From sequence record NZ_CP123987.1: 64,000 nucleotides of DNA. One strand, given 5' to 3'. The stretch comes from a plasmid. The position numbers were made by a program, and so were the translations under genes. Shown here piece after piece: positions 20,216-33,955 of the stretch. The notes beneath the pieces were generated by a model. It had not been told where the DNA came from, ran no database searches, and worked only from the letters and a program-made list of their open reading frames with translations. How positions within the stretch are numbered: the first letter of the stretch is position 1; each line of letters opens with the position of its first letter.

Positions 20216-22193
20216 GGAGTCGAATTATTTTTTAGGAGCTAGAAATCAATAGTTTTTTCATCCTCTTTATCAGTATATTATACATTATATTTTATTTATT
20301 TATATTATGGTAATTCATTAACACAATGTTATTGTTTATCTTTTGTGATAGTTTAAAGATATCTCATTCCTACATTTAGATTCTACTTTCCACCAAATAT
20401 TTTCCCAAAGAATCCTTTTTTCTTTTTATTTCTCTCATCCATTGCGTCAACCACTTGTTTAACTAGATCTTTTTGTAAATCCATTTGAATTTGTGCTTGC
20501 ATCTTAACTTGCCTATATGTTTCCTCTTTCTTATCAGTAATTCCGTGAGTATCCTCATACTTTTTGCGAAGAACAGGCTCTCCCATCCATTTATCGAAGT
20601 TATCTACATCGATCATGAATCCAGAAGTACCATACTTACTACTATCAGAAATTTCATACTTACGCGGAAGATTATTATAGTACAACCCCATCTGTGAACT
20701 ACCATTATTTTTATTGGTCCCATCTGACAATTTATTAAACGCTTGTTTATTAAATTGTGCTTGTAGCTGCTTTCTATAAAAGAAAAATCGTCTGGTTCTT
20801 TTACCTGTTCTATTAACATATGCCAATCTGACTTACCTCTATATAAAGCATAGTCATAGTTATCTTTTTCAAAAAATTTCTCAATTTCTTGAAAAAGATC
20901 ATATTTAACAAGTAAGTCCTTTAAGATTTTCTTAATTGGATACAAAAAGTCTGCCTGAATTTTTATAGCATCCTCTTCTGAAATATCTTTAAAATATTCT
21001 TCCAATAATTGTTGGCATAAGTAATATAGATCAGAGTCAGCACGATTTAGTAGTTCATCTACTTTCAAATCTCCTTCTTTACTGTTACCTTTAAATGATG
21101 ATTCAAAAGATAAGAACCAAATACGTCTTGCAATTTCATGACGATTAGATACAACGCCCTTAGAATCATCCTCTTTATTCATTGTAAATATTGCAGTAGG
21201 CATTGGGCCAGTTATAGAGTTTGAATTGCGTTTAATCATATCTTCAAAATATTGTCTAGTTGTTAAATCAGGACGAACATCATCAATCATTAATGGACTA
21301 ACTGGACCTGATGTTTGTAAATATTCATTAATAACATCACTTATTGCTTTGTTAACATATTTATTTCTTTCTTCAAACTCACCACTACCCGTAAAATTTA
21401 GTGCACCTGTCAACTTAGCGGCTAATCTTCTACCTAATGTCGATTTTCCCGTCTTACCTTGTCCAATCAAAGCAACTGCTATTGGAACATCTTCTCTATG
21501 TTTGCTTTTATCCGCTAAATCATATAAATCTCTTACCCTCCAAATAAAAGGTGCTTCATATAAATATAATAAAAATCCTAACGTCTGCCATCCTTCTCCT
21601 GATAACTTATACGTATCATACTCGTTGACAATATCGCAGAATAATTGTAATTTTTCTTTTAATTCTTCATCACTCAATGAAACTTGTTTTAAAACTTGAC
21701 CACCTTCGCCTACTTTGGATGCAGTAAATAATTTTTCAAATTCATTATTCCAAATTAAAGCTGGTTTAGGGAAATAATCCACATCATTTTTTTTCTTAGA
21801 TGATTTTTTTGAATTTTCTTGATACTCAATAATTTGATTTAAGTTTAAGATTTCACTAGTAGCTTTCTTTAAGGTCTTTTCTTTTCTCAGATTACCTAGT
21901 TCTGTAAATAACTTAATTGTTTGATTAACAGTTACAGCTTCCTTTTTACCTAAATTGCCATTTTGAATTTCCTTAGTTGTATCATTTAAATACACTTTTA
22001 CTTCATCAGAAGGAAAGTTTACCTTTTCATCTGTATCGGCAGAATTACTTAACATATTGATAGAATCAGTGTACACATTAAGCTGTGTTTGTTTTGAATT
22101 ATCTTTTACAAGAAAACCTTTTAAGCGTTTTGAATCTTGAAGTGCCTTACAATTGTTAGACAAAGTCTAGCGATTGTGAGGTGCTTTTTTCGT

Positions 22194-22712
22194 ATGACTA
22201 AATATACTCAAAAATTCAAATTAGATCTTATTCAGGAATACCTAGATACTGGCTGTTCACAACGATGGATAGAAAATAAGTATTCTTTACCAAAGGATAC
22301 CTTAAAAAAATGGTGGACTGTATACAATTTAAAAGGACCCGAAGGGTTGAAATTACGACATTTCAAACGTAAATTTACTGTTGATTTTAAACTTCGTGTG
22401 ATAAACTACTACCTAAATAATGATGTTTCAATGTCCAAAGTGGCAGCTTCCCATAATCTTTTGTGTTCACAGATATCTATCTGGTTGAAGTTGTTTATGG
22501 AAGGTGGATCTGAGGCCTTGAAACCCAAGAAGAAAGGTAGGCCAAGTAAGATGTCAAAAATGACAAAGAAGGATGCACGCAAAATCTTAAAAAAGGAAAG
22601 TGATGAAATTGCGGCACTAAAGAGTGAATTACGTCAAGTCAAAATGGAGCGTGATATCTTAAAAAAATCGTTGACCCTGTTCGGACCCTCAAAGCCAAGG
22701 AGAAAACAATAA
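22194..22712 (+). CDS. IS3 family transposase OrfA (HTH)
   Basis: Typical IS150 OrfA; an A7 slippery run (TTAAAAAAATCG, ~22659-22670) allows a -1 frameshift into OrfB. Confidence 0.75.
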   Translation: MTKYTQKFKLDLIQEYLDTGCSQRWIENKYSLPKDTLKKWWTVYNLKGPEGLKLRHFKRKFTVDFKLRVINYYLNNDVSMSKVAASHNLLCSQISIWLKLFMEGGSEALKPKKKGRPSKMSKMTKKDARKILKKESDEIAALKSELRQVKMERDILKKSLTLFGPSKPRRKQ

Positions 22713-22714
22713 TT

Positions 22715-23612
22715 GTGGATCAGATCAGGGTGGACCAACAAAACTTGCCCAAAAAGGAACGATATGGGATTGGTGAGCTTCTAAAAACGATTGACTTGAA
22801 GCGACCAACCTATTACGATGAACGCAAACGTATCATCAATAAAAATGATAAGTATGCTGATGTTAAGGTGGTAATCAAGGAAATAGCGGAAAAAGGTAAA
22901 TGGAGAGGTTCTTACACATACGGCTATCGCCGTATAATGCCACTTCTTGAAAAAGCTGGATATCACATGGCTGAAGCCACTTTACGTCGCCTAATGAACG
23001 AATTAGGTGTACAACCAGCTATGTATAATCGTCGTAAAAATAATCACTATTCTTCTTATAAAGGTACAGTTGGTAAGGTAGCTGATAACTTGTTAAACCA
23101 AACATTTGATGCTACATCTCCTTTTACCGTTCTTCATACGGATGTTTCACAGGTACGTCTAGGTGATTCGACCTGGGCTTACATGTCAGTCATTTTAGAT
23201 CAAGCTACCAAGGAAGTTTTAGCCGCTTCTGTTAGCCAAAGCCCAAATAAATTGTTGATTATGGATACATTAAACCAGCTTGAGGATAACCTCCCTAATA
23301 ACTTTAGTCCAATTATCCATTCTGACCAAGGATGGCACTACCAATTAGAATATTACCGTGAAAAGATTGATTCGTTAAGTTTAATTCAAAGTATGTCCCG
23401 CAAGGGAAACTGCCTAGATAATGCCCCCAATGGAAAGCTTTTTCTATCTTTTTAAAGTTGAATCACAGCCTGAAATAAAGAAATGTAAGAGTATTTCTCA
23501 GTTCACACATTTCTTTAACAAGTATGTCAATTGGTACAATAATGACCGAATTTCCAATAAAACAAAAAACATGAGTCCGGTTGATTACCGAACCCATGTC
23601 TTAGCTGCTTAA
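22715..23612 (+). pseudogene. IS3 family transposase OrfB (DDE integrase) with a +1 indel in a C-run
   Basis: DDE domain HTDxG…D…NAP then a frame change at GCCCCCA (~23425): …GNCLDNAP|MESFF… continues in the 63-aa ORF 23421-23612. Confidence 0.7.
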
Positions 23613-24364
23613 AAATATTTTATTTTTGTCTAACTTTTTTGTTGCACTTCATCTAGATATGTAGCAGAATTTTTCTTTATATCATCATACATTTGCTTAT
23701 ACAATTGATATAAATCATCATTTTTACTTCCATAATCCCATATCAATTGCTCAAAGTTCTTTGACACTGCAGTTTCAGTTAAATTCATTGAACCTGTAAA
23801 ACATTGATAAGTATTTTGTTCTTTATTTTCCATCAAGTAAACTTTAGAATGGATCAACTTATCTTTAGTAAATCGCAATCTTAAAGAGCCATCTAATATT
23901 CTTTTGGCAAATTCACTTTCCAAATTATTTTCAACATAATTTACCCACGAAACACGCTTATCCATCAATTCCTGCATTCTTTATCCAATAGAATTATTAC
24001 CATTATCTGATAGGCCTAGAATTAACTCTATATCTTGATAAAATGGTAACAACTTTTCTTCAATAAATTTTATAGATGAAACAAAACTTACTCCATAAAA
24101 ACAATCATTCTCTTCTTTCCTACTTAATTCCCAGAAATTTCCATCTGAATATAATTTATTTTTTTCTCTATCTAGGATTTGCAATGTCATTCTGCTCACA
24201 CCCTTTCTTTTCTTATTTAATCGTTTGTTTATACACTAGACTCTTAACATAGCTTTCTTTGTCATTATAAACTTTTTTGTTTACTTTTTCATATTTAACT
24301 TCTTGTTATAATATAGATAGTTAAATATTAATTTTGGTTCGTTATTTAAAAGGGGGGAAGTTAC

Positions 24365-24532
24365 ATGACATATTTTTGGATTAGAACAATTGCTGGTATC
24401 CTAGTAGTAGCTACCATTTCTACATCATACTATTTAAAAACCGGACACGCCTGGATTTTTATTGTTGTGGTAATATCTGCCCTAATAGAAATTCCTTTAT
24501 CTTACTATCAGGAAAAGAAGAAAAATAAATAG
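24365..24532 (+). CDS. small membrane protein (56 aa)
   Basis: AGGGGGGAAG RBS, two predicted TM helices. Confidence 0.35.
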   Translation: MTYFWIRTIAGILVVATISTSYYLKTGHAWIFIVVVISALIEIPLSYYQEKKKNK

Positions 24533-24564
24533 CCCAAAAGTTCAATAAACTTTCAGGCTATTTA

Positions 24565-25062
24565 TTAAAAATTCCATTCCCAAAAAGCATTGCCATTCGC
24601 TACAATAAACATCTCTAACCATTTTAGAAAAGTACATTTAAAACACTTATCCATTTCCATACCTGGATAAGTTAAATAATCCTTTTTTTGCTTATAATTT
24701 CTGATATTGATACACATTTCACCATAATCACGGAAAAGTAGTATAGGAATTAAGTCTTTATCTATTGATTCTTGATATCTTTGTAAAATTTCCTGTCCAG
24801 AATAAATTTTACAAACAGGTCCACCTAATTCCATACCTTTGAATTCATCTTCGAATAAATTCAATCCATTAGTATACCTTAGTAGTTCAATTACTTCATC
24901 AGGTAAATTAAGTTCAATAAGTTTATTTGCTACATCATTAGGAATTTTATCAAAAAAAGTTATTCTAAAATTAAATACTCCACCAAAATCAGTGACAGGA
25001 TATTTCTTATTTCCATTATCTGATATTTCTTTCAACATCGAAATAATACTTTCAGCTGTCAT
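24565..25062 (-). CDS. SMI1/KNR4 (SUKH-1) family protein, putative polymorphic-toxin immunity protein
   Basis: 165 aa with typical SMI1/KNR4 family features; no cognate toxin gene adjacent. Confidence 0.6.
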   Translation of the reverse strand: MTAESIISMLKEISDNGNKKYPVTDFGGVFNFRITFFDKIPNDVANKLIELNLPDEVIELLRYTNGLNLFEDEFKGMELGGPVCKIYSGQEILQRYQESIDKDLIPILLFRDYGEMCINIRNYKQKKDYLTYPGMEMDKCFKCTFLKWLEMFIVANGNAFWEWNF

Positions 25063-25186
25063 ATTATCCCCTCTCTAATTTAAATAAACATATCTCTTCC
25101 TATTATATATAATAAATTTCAGAGTGTAAGGTTAGTCTATAAAAATAAATTTTTAATTCATAAACATTATAGATATACATAATGTA

Positions 25187-25233
25187 AAAAACACATAACA
25201 TTACCACAATGTATAATGTTATGTGTTTTTGAT
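25187..25233. repeat. 17-bp perfect inverted repeat in the plasmid-origin region
   Basis: AAAAACACATAACATTA…TAATGTTATGTGTTTTT. Confidence 0.7.
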
Positions 25234-25735
25234 ACTATTTTTACACTTCGAACATTATATTGTGCTCGAGGTGTAAAAATAGTCTTTTTTATACAGACTA
25301 TTTTTACACTCCGAATAGATTCTGTCCCTTTTCCCTGTATTTCCTTACATTCCAACTTCTTTTTTTAGCTCTATTTAGACTATTCTTACACTTCGAAGTG
25401 GTCAATATGACCATTTCGGAGTGGAAAAATATCTTATTCCCCTTTTTCTTTTATTTTAAAAGACTATTCTTACACTTCGAACATTATATTGTTGCAAAAA
25501 AGGCCTTAAATTGCGCGTGTAAGCCTTGACATATCAAGATTCTTCAATTTTAATAAAATTATCAATTATATACTAAAGTGTTCTTTTCTCACTGTTATTA
25601 GATTTCTTGTGATTCGCATAATTACAAGCTTTATCTATGTAAAAAGTGCATAAGACCGGGATTGGTTTATGTCGAGGTGTAAAAATAGTCTGTAATGTAT
25701 ATCTATTTTTTCGCTGTGTAAGAATGGTCTATAAA
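25230..25735. repeat. iteron array of a theta-type plasmid origin (~22-bp repeats in direct and inverted orientation)
   Basis: GACTATT(T/C)TTACACT(T/C)CGAA occurs at ~25236, 25297, 25386 and 25458. Inverted copies (TCGAGGTGTAAAAATAGTC) lie at ~25266, 25415, 25672 and 25704. The array is directly upstream of a Rep_3 gene. Confidence 0.75.
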
Positions 25736-25851
25736 TTCATTCAATTATATTGTAATTATTAATTCTATATGATTATAATAAACATAATGATAATTTATAG
25801 ATGTTTCTATGATAATTCTTAGTTACATCTTGTGTATTGTGAGGTGTTTGT

Positions 25852-26616
25852 ATGTCTAAAGAACCTGTTGTCCAACAGGAAATTGTAACAGCCTTCCCTA
25901 ATACCAAGGAAGTTCGTTACGATAATGAATTAAACCGTATTCCTATTGGGTTTATGAATGAAAGTGAACAGAATATTTTCTTCGCTATCCTAAGTCAGGT
26001 TAAAGAAACTAGTGAAAGAAAGACCAAATTATCTTTTACTCAAATTCGTGAATTAGCAAGTTTTCAGAAGACTTCAAACAAAGAGTTAATCAAGTCTCTT
26101 GATAATATGACAACAAAACTAGCCTCTTTAAATGTTCGAATCCATAACCAACAACAAATTATTAAGTTTACCCTATTCCCAACTTTTCAAATAGATGGGG
26201 ATCAGCAAACTCTAACTGTTGCTGTTAACGAAGATTTTCGCTATATCGTTAATGATTTAGCCAAAGGATTCGTAACTAACTTTGACATTGAAGAATTTAC
26301 TTCTATCAAATCTAAATATGCGAAAACAGCTTTTCGTTTAGCTAGAGAACACGAAAATGAAGTCTTTGATGTTGTATTAAAGGATTTTAAAGAACTTTTC
26401 TCTATTCCTAAATCTTATCGACCAACGGATATCAATAGATTAATTTTAACAAAAGTTAGTAAAATCCTACAGGAGTATTTTACTGTTTTTGAAATTACAC
26501 CTGTACAAGATGAAAAAGGTAAAGCTCATCGAATTATAGCTTACCGTTTTAATATTGGAAAACGTATTTTAAGAAATCTTGACGAACCACGTCAAATTTC
26601 ATTATTGGATGACTAA
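25852..26616 (+). CDS. rep: Rep_3-family plasmid replication initiator
   Basis: 254 aa; N-terminal NELNRIPIGFMNESEQNIFFAILSQV matches Rep_3 (pfam01051-type) initiators; an iteron array lies upstream. Confidence 0.8.
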   Translation: MSKEPVVQQEIVTAFPNTKEVRYDNELNRIPIGFMNESEQNIFFAILSQVKETSERKTKLSFTQIRELASFQKTSNKELIKSLDNMTTKLASLNVRIHNQQQIIKFTLFPTFQIDGDQQTLTVAVNEDFRYIVNDLAKGFVTNFDIEEFTSIKSKYAKTAFRLAREHENEVFDVVLKDFKELFSIPKSYRPTDINRLILTKVSKILQEYFTVFEITPVQDEKGKAHRIIAYRFNIGKRILRNLDEPRQISLLDD

Positions 26617-26900
26617 ATAAAAAAGCCCCTACCGACCAAAGTAAGGAGCTTAGAAACTGTATGTGACCAGCATACAGTAAAATCTCAGTCAAGTACCACC
26701 AAGACTAAGAACAAATAATTAATATCAAACTTACGATAGCTCTTTATAAAAGTTAATTAAGCACCACCAAAATTAACTTGAGTTTTTTGCACTCATTTTT
26801 CGCTATCTATGTTTCTAATTATAGCATTATTATGTCTTTTTTTCATCATTTTTAGTCTTGTGTGTACTTCAAATATTTTTTATGGAAGGAAGTTTACACA

Positions 26901-27893
26901 ATGAAAAGTCTTACATCTCGTGCATTTTTACCAATAAACACTGATTTATTCAACAATCCTAAGTATCAAGAATTAAGTTGCGATGCTATGGTTTTATATT
27001 CACTATATTCTCAAAGAAAAGAAGTATCTGCTTTTCATTCTCAAACCGGTAATGACACTTTTACAGATTCAGAAGGTATTTTTATCTATTTTTCTAATGA
27101 CGAAGCTTCAAAAATCCTTCGTATGTCTGTAAGAAAAATCTCTACTTTACGCTCTCAACTTATTGACTGTGGCCTAATAAGTGTTGTTCGTCATGGTCTT
27201 AAGAATTTTAAGATCTATGTAAATACACCAGAAACAACTCCGGCTGAAACAGATCTTGTTTTGCCTTGGGCCAATTTTGACTTTGAAAAGCCTATTAAAT
27301 CCGTTCCTGCAAATTCTGCTAGTACGAAGTCGCAAAAATTGCCTATAAATCAATCTAACAATAATCAAACCAAATTATTATTATCAAAAGAATCAAATGA
27401 ATCAGTACCACAAAATCAGAGTAATACTCCGGTTACACCTAAAAAATCCGAAAAAGATGGTTTAAATGATCTATCTTTAGATTCAATTATTACAAGACTT
27501 AAAGATACATTTAGTCTTCCTGTAGTTTCTAGATTGAAAGTATTAGCAAACAATTCATATACAAAATTAAAATGGTTTAGTGACACTATTTTTAAAGCTA
27601 AAAGTCAAGTAACTAAAAAATTATTATCTAATGCTAAATGGCTATATAATCCTGCTAGTCAAGAAGCAACTCATTTTGAATCCAACGAGTTGTTAAAACG
27701 AGGATTGGAATCTGCTTTACTTCAGATTGCTGAAATAGTCTATAAGGGTAAAGAAAAAGTACAAAATGAAGCCAAGTTTATTTATGTTTACTTACGTAAT
27801 TTTATGGCAAATGCAGTAAAACAATATTTGATAGACAATTATGAATTAACTGAGGATGATGAAATAGATTTGAATTTATTATTAAGATTCTAA
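26901..27893 (+). CDS. RepA_N-family (Firmicutes plasmid) replication protein
   Basis: N-terminal …NPKYQELSCDAMVLYSLYSQR…IFIYFSNDEASKILRMSVRKISTLRSQLIDCGLISV… matches the RepA_N wHTH domain; ATG 26901 with a GGAAGGAAG RBS. Confidence 0.65.
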   Translation: MKSLTSRAFLPINTDLFNNPKYQELSCDAMVLYSLYSQRKEVSAFHSQTGNDTFTDSEGIFIYFSNDEASKILRMSVRKISTLRSQLIDCGLISVVRHGLKNFKIYVNTPETTPAETDLVLPWANFDFEKPIKSVPANSASTKSQKLPINQSNNNQTKLLLSKESNESVPQNQSNTPVTPKKSEKDGLNDLSLDSIITRLKDTFSLPVVSRLKVLANNSYTKLKWFSDTIFKAKSQVTKKLLSNAKWLYNPASQEATHFESNELLKRGLESALLQIAEIVYKGKEKVQNEAKFIYVYLRNFMANAVKQYLIDNYELTEDDEIDLNLLLRF

Positions 27894-27943
27894 AAAAAGA
27901 ACCTGTAATCATACAGATTCTTCTGGAAAACTTTTATATTAAA

Positions 27944-31296
<3,353 letters not shown>

Positions 31297-31321
31297 TATA
31301 AAATCCTCCATTTGAATTTAG

Positions 31322-31360
31322 TAAATGAAGGTTTAGCCAACTGAATGTAACTATCCAATA
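31322..31360 (-). promoter_or_regulatory. RAT (ribonucleic antiterminator) element in the bglP leader
   Basis: Minus-strand GGATAGTTACATTCAGTTGGCTAAACCTTCA resembles the RAT consensus GGATTGTTACTG…GCAGGCAAAACC. Confidence 0.5.
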
Positions 31361-31368
31361 ATGATTTA

Positions 31369-32217
31369 CTAATCTGTATTTGTGTGTCTAATTAATTTTT
31401 CAATATGTATAGTTAGATAGATTAATTCATCACTTGCGAGTTCACAATGATATTCGTTTTGTATAAATTCCAGCACCTTTTTAGCAGCCTGGTAGGCCTC
31501 AGGATATTGAAGACTAATCATATCAAGCATAGAAGAATCATTTTTCTCTACAGATATTTGTTTAGAAAAAATTCTTTGTGCTAAATAACGTAAGTGAGTT
31601 ATAAAGCGATAATAATAAGCTGAGTGCTCATTAATTTCTTGATGACAAGCATATTTTAGAATTTGAATTACTTTTTGGATAAACTGTGTCAATCCATCTA
31701 AATCGTCAATAGTCTGATTCATTTGTGCTTCTACAATATGCATTGTAATAAAACCTGCCTCATCTTCAGGTAGTTTAATTCCAAATTGTTGATTAATAAT
31801 ATCTAGTGCTTCTTTACCGACTTTGAATTCTTCAGGATAGAATCTTTTAATTTTCCAAAGTAAATTATTTTTTAATTCAATACCAGAATTATATCGTTCT
31901 AATGCACTATGGATATGGTCACTAAGAGCAATAACTTTTGAGTCACTAACTTTGGTATTAAAAATATCTTCGGCATAATTTAAAATCTGGGTGGCAACCC
32001 TAATATCTTCTAAAGAAATATTGGATAATAATTGAGAGACTGAAGATTCTTCATTATCTGATGAACTAAGAGAAAAACGTTTTTCAATTAAATTTTCATC
32101 GATATTATTTCCAGGTCGTTGTTTGAAACCTAATCCTCTACCCATCAAAATAATTTCTTGATTATTTTGATCGAGAGTAATGACAATATTATTATTAATA
32201 ACTTTAAAAATTTTCAT
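31369..32217 (-). CDS. licT: BglG/LicT-family transcriptional antiterminator
   Basis: CAT RNA-binding N-terminus (MKIFKVINNNIV) plus two PRD domains. Confidence 0.85.
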   Translation of the reverse strand: MKIFKVINNNIVITLDQNNQEIILMGRGLGFKQRPGNNIDENLIEKRFSLSSSDNEESSVSQLLSNISLEDIRVATQILNYAEDIFNTKVSDSKVIALSDHIHSALERYNSGIELKNNLLWKIKRFYPEEFKVGKEALDIINQQFGIKLPEDEAGFITMHIVEAQMNQTIDDLDGLTQFIQKVIQILKYACHQEINEHSAYYYRFITHLRYLAQRIFSKQISVEKNDSSMLDMISLQYPEAYQAAKKVLEFIQNEYHCELASDELIYLTIHIEKLIRHTNTD

Positions 32218-32239
32218 GGTATCCTCCTTTCTGAATAGT

Positions 32240-32300
32240 AATAAAAAAACCAATATACATCTTTGTAGAGACTACAACAAAAAAGATGTATATTGGTTTA
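32240..32300 (-). terminator. RAT-overlapping terminator upstream of licT (autoregulatory attenuator)
   Basis: Minus strand: RAT-like GGATAGTTATTGCGCTTGGGTAAGCTAAACC overlaps the hairpin AAACCAATATACATCTTT…AAAGATGTATATTGGTTT, which is followed by a T-run. Confidence 0.45.
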
Positions 32301-32389
32301 GCTTACCCAAGCGCAATAACTATCCAAACTTATACAAGAAGAATATAACACAAGGTAACAAAATTAGCAACCGTTTTCTTTTGTAACAT

Positions 32390-32490
32390 ATAACATTTAT
32401 TAAATACATTATATATAATATAAATATATAAATCATTAATATAATTAATTAACATTATATTAATATATAATGTATTAATATAATGTTATA
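32390..32490. repeat. AT-rich palindromic repeat cluster (ACATTATA/TATAATGT family) upstream of parA
   Basis: TAACATTATATTAATATATAATGTATTAATATAATGTTA; related copies at 33800-33900, 34420-34480 and 37140-37270. Confidence 0.6.
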
Positions 32491-32609
32491 ATTAAACAAA
32501 AAGAATTAACACATTGTGGGAGATTGTGGTAAACTAATTAAAGATACAAGGCTACAAAGATAAAAAGCTACAAGTATAAATGTGTAAATGTAGAAAGGTA
32601 GGTTAAAAG

Positions 32610-33422
32610 ATGACTGCCACAGTATTATCATTTTTAAATTTTAAAGGTGGCGTTGGTAAAACTAGCGCTACTGCATTAGTAAGTTACAACTTAGCAAAAA
32701 TGGGTAAAAAGTGTCTAGTTATAGACTTTGACCCTCAGGCTAATATTACTGCCCTATTTTTAAAAACTAAGTATCAAAATAAAGATAAAGTTGCAACTAT
32801 TGAATCATCATTAATGACCGCTTTGAATAGAGAAGAAAGTTTAGATTCAATAACGATTGAAATTGAAGACAACTTATACCTTATTCCAAACGCTGTTGAC
32901 TTTAGTATGTATAGTCGTTTTTTGGAAAGAAACTTTATGGATGAAAAAGAACGTATTGGTTTCTTCAAAAAGAAAGTTGATTCATTACGTGATAAATACG
33001 ACTTTATCTTCATAGATGTTCCACCAACAATTTCATTACCAAACGATACAGCTTTCTATGCATGTGATCAAATTATTGTAGTTCTTCAAACTCAAGAACG
33101 TTCGTTGCAAGGCGCAGAAGTTTTGATTGAGTATTTACAAAATAGTATTGTTGATGCATATGATTCTAAAGTTGATATTTTAGGAATTTTGCCTTTCTTA
33201 TCAAAAAGAAGTGCTAGCGTAGATAAAGAAATTTTGGATGCTGCTTCAGAAGAATTTGGTGATGAAAATATCTTTAATGCAAAAATTATGCAAATGGAAC
33301 GTGTTAAGAGAATGGATATGACAGGAATTACCGATAATCCAAGTGATTCGTGGGATAAGAAAACACATGCAGCTTTCAAGGGAGTTGCTAATGAAATTTT
33401 AGAAAGGTTAGGTGAAGAATAA
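32610..33422 (+). CDS. parA: ParA/Soj-family partition ATPase
   Basis: KGGVGKT deviant Walker A, 270 aa. Confidence 0.85.
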   Translation: MTATVLSFLNFKGGVGKTSATALVSYNLAKMGKKCLVIDFDPQANITALFLKTKYQNKDKVATIESSLMTALNREESLDSITIEIEDNLYLIPNAVDFSMYSRFLERNFMDEKERIGFFKKKVDSLRDKYDFIFIDVPPTISLPNDTAFYACDQIIVVLQTQERSLQGAEVLIEYLQNSIVDAYDSKVDILGILPFLSKRSASVDKEILDAASEEFGDENIFNAKIMQMERVKRMDMTGITDNPSDSWDKKTHAAFKGVANEILERLGEE

Positions 33423-33757
33423 TGGCTGGTGGATTACTTAATCATTCTAAAAAAAGTGGACAAAATAAATTAGTTCATAGTGGACCAGTAAAAGTTGAAA
33501 ATCAGGTTGAACGTGGCGATGTAGTTACTGATGAAAATACAGTAACCTTTCCTGCTAATGTTCGTGTAGATAATCATATTAGAAATCAAATAACAGCTTT
33601 AAATAATATAGGGATTGGATCAACCCAAAAAGAAGTTGTAGGGAATCTGTTGAGTGAAAGAATTGAAAAGTTAAGCGATAGTGACAGGCAAAGATTTAAT
33701 CGCATCTTGAATATTTTGGAACAAAAAGATTATCTTACATCACTAAGTAAAAAGTAA
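33422..33757 (+). CDS. small ParB/ParG-like partition protein
   Basis: 111 aa, translationally coupled to parA (ATG overlaps the stop codon). Confidence 0.45.
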   Translation: MAGGLLNHSKKSGQNKLVHSGPVKVENQVERGDVVTDENTVTFPANVRVDNHIRNQITALNNIGIGSTQKEVVGNLLSERIEKLSDSDRQRFNRILNILEQKDYLTSLSKK

Positions 33758-33955
33758 TGGTGAAACAGAGGATAGTTTGATACTATCCTCTGTTTTTGTA
33801 GTGTTAAATGTAAATAGATTATATATAATGAATAATGTATTTATATAATGTTAATAGGATAATATTATGTAGACAACATTTATATAAAGTGTATAATAAA
33901 GAAAATTATTAATATGTGGCGTTAAAAGATAATCTTGAATGGAGGGAAAGTAACG

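Larger units (their letters stand above)
22138..23651 (+). mobile_element. IS3-family (IS150-like) insertion sequence, 1514 bp, 3-bp TSD TCT
   Basis: Terminal IRs TGAAGTGCCTTACAATTGTTAGACAAAG / TGAAGTGCAACAAAAAAGTTAGACAAAA; OrfA with HTH; OrfB DDE; direct TCT at 22135-22137 and 23652-23654. Confidence 0.8.
20383..24199 (-). pseudogene. decayed ~800-aa gene: N-terminal PLD-like (HKD) nuclease domain + P-loop NTPase, split by IS3, with an in-frame TAA and a frameshift
   Basis: HSKVYLMEN…GSMNLT HKD motif in 23655-23977. In-frame TAA at 23981-23983 between the 72-aa and 115-aa ORFs. The IS3 insertion at 22138-23651 preserves the frame, since IS+TSD is 1517 bp. Walker A GQGKTGKST at ~21440. Two overlapping open frames around 20613-20826 indicate a frameshift. 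Confidence 0.6.

Noticed and set aside
21226-21699. 157-aa plus-strand ORF
   Set aside because: Antisense within the P-loop NTPase pseudogene
25230-25735. Possible CRISPR array
   Set aside because: The repeats occur in both orientations with irregular spacing and sit directly upstream of a Rep_3 gene, which is the behaviour of plasmid iterons; there are no cas genes
32390-32490. Possible rRNA/tRNA or small-RNA gene in AT-rich spacers
   Set aside because: No tRNA cloverleaf features (GTTCGAATC-type T-arm) or rRNA-like conserved blocks were recognisable; pure AT-rich palindromes fit binding sites better
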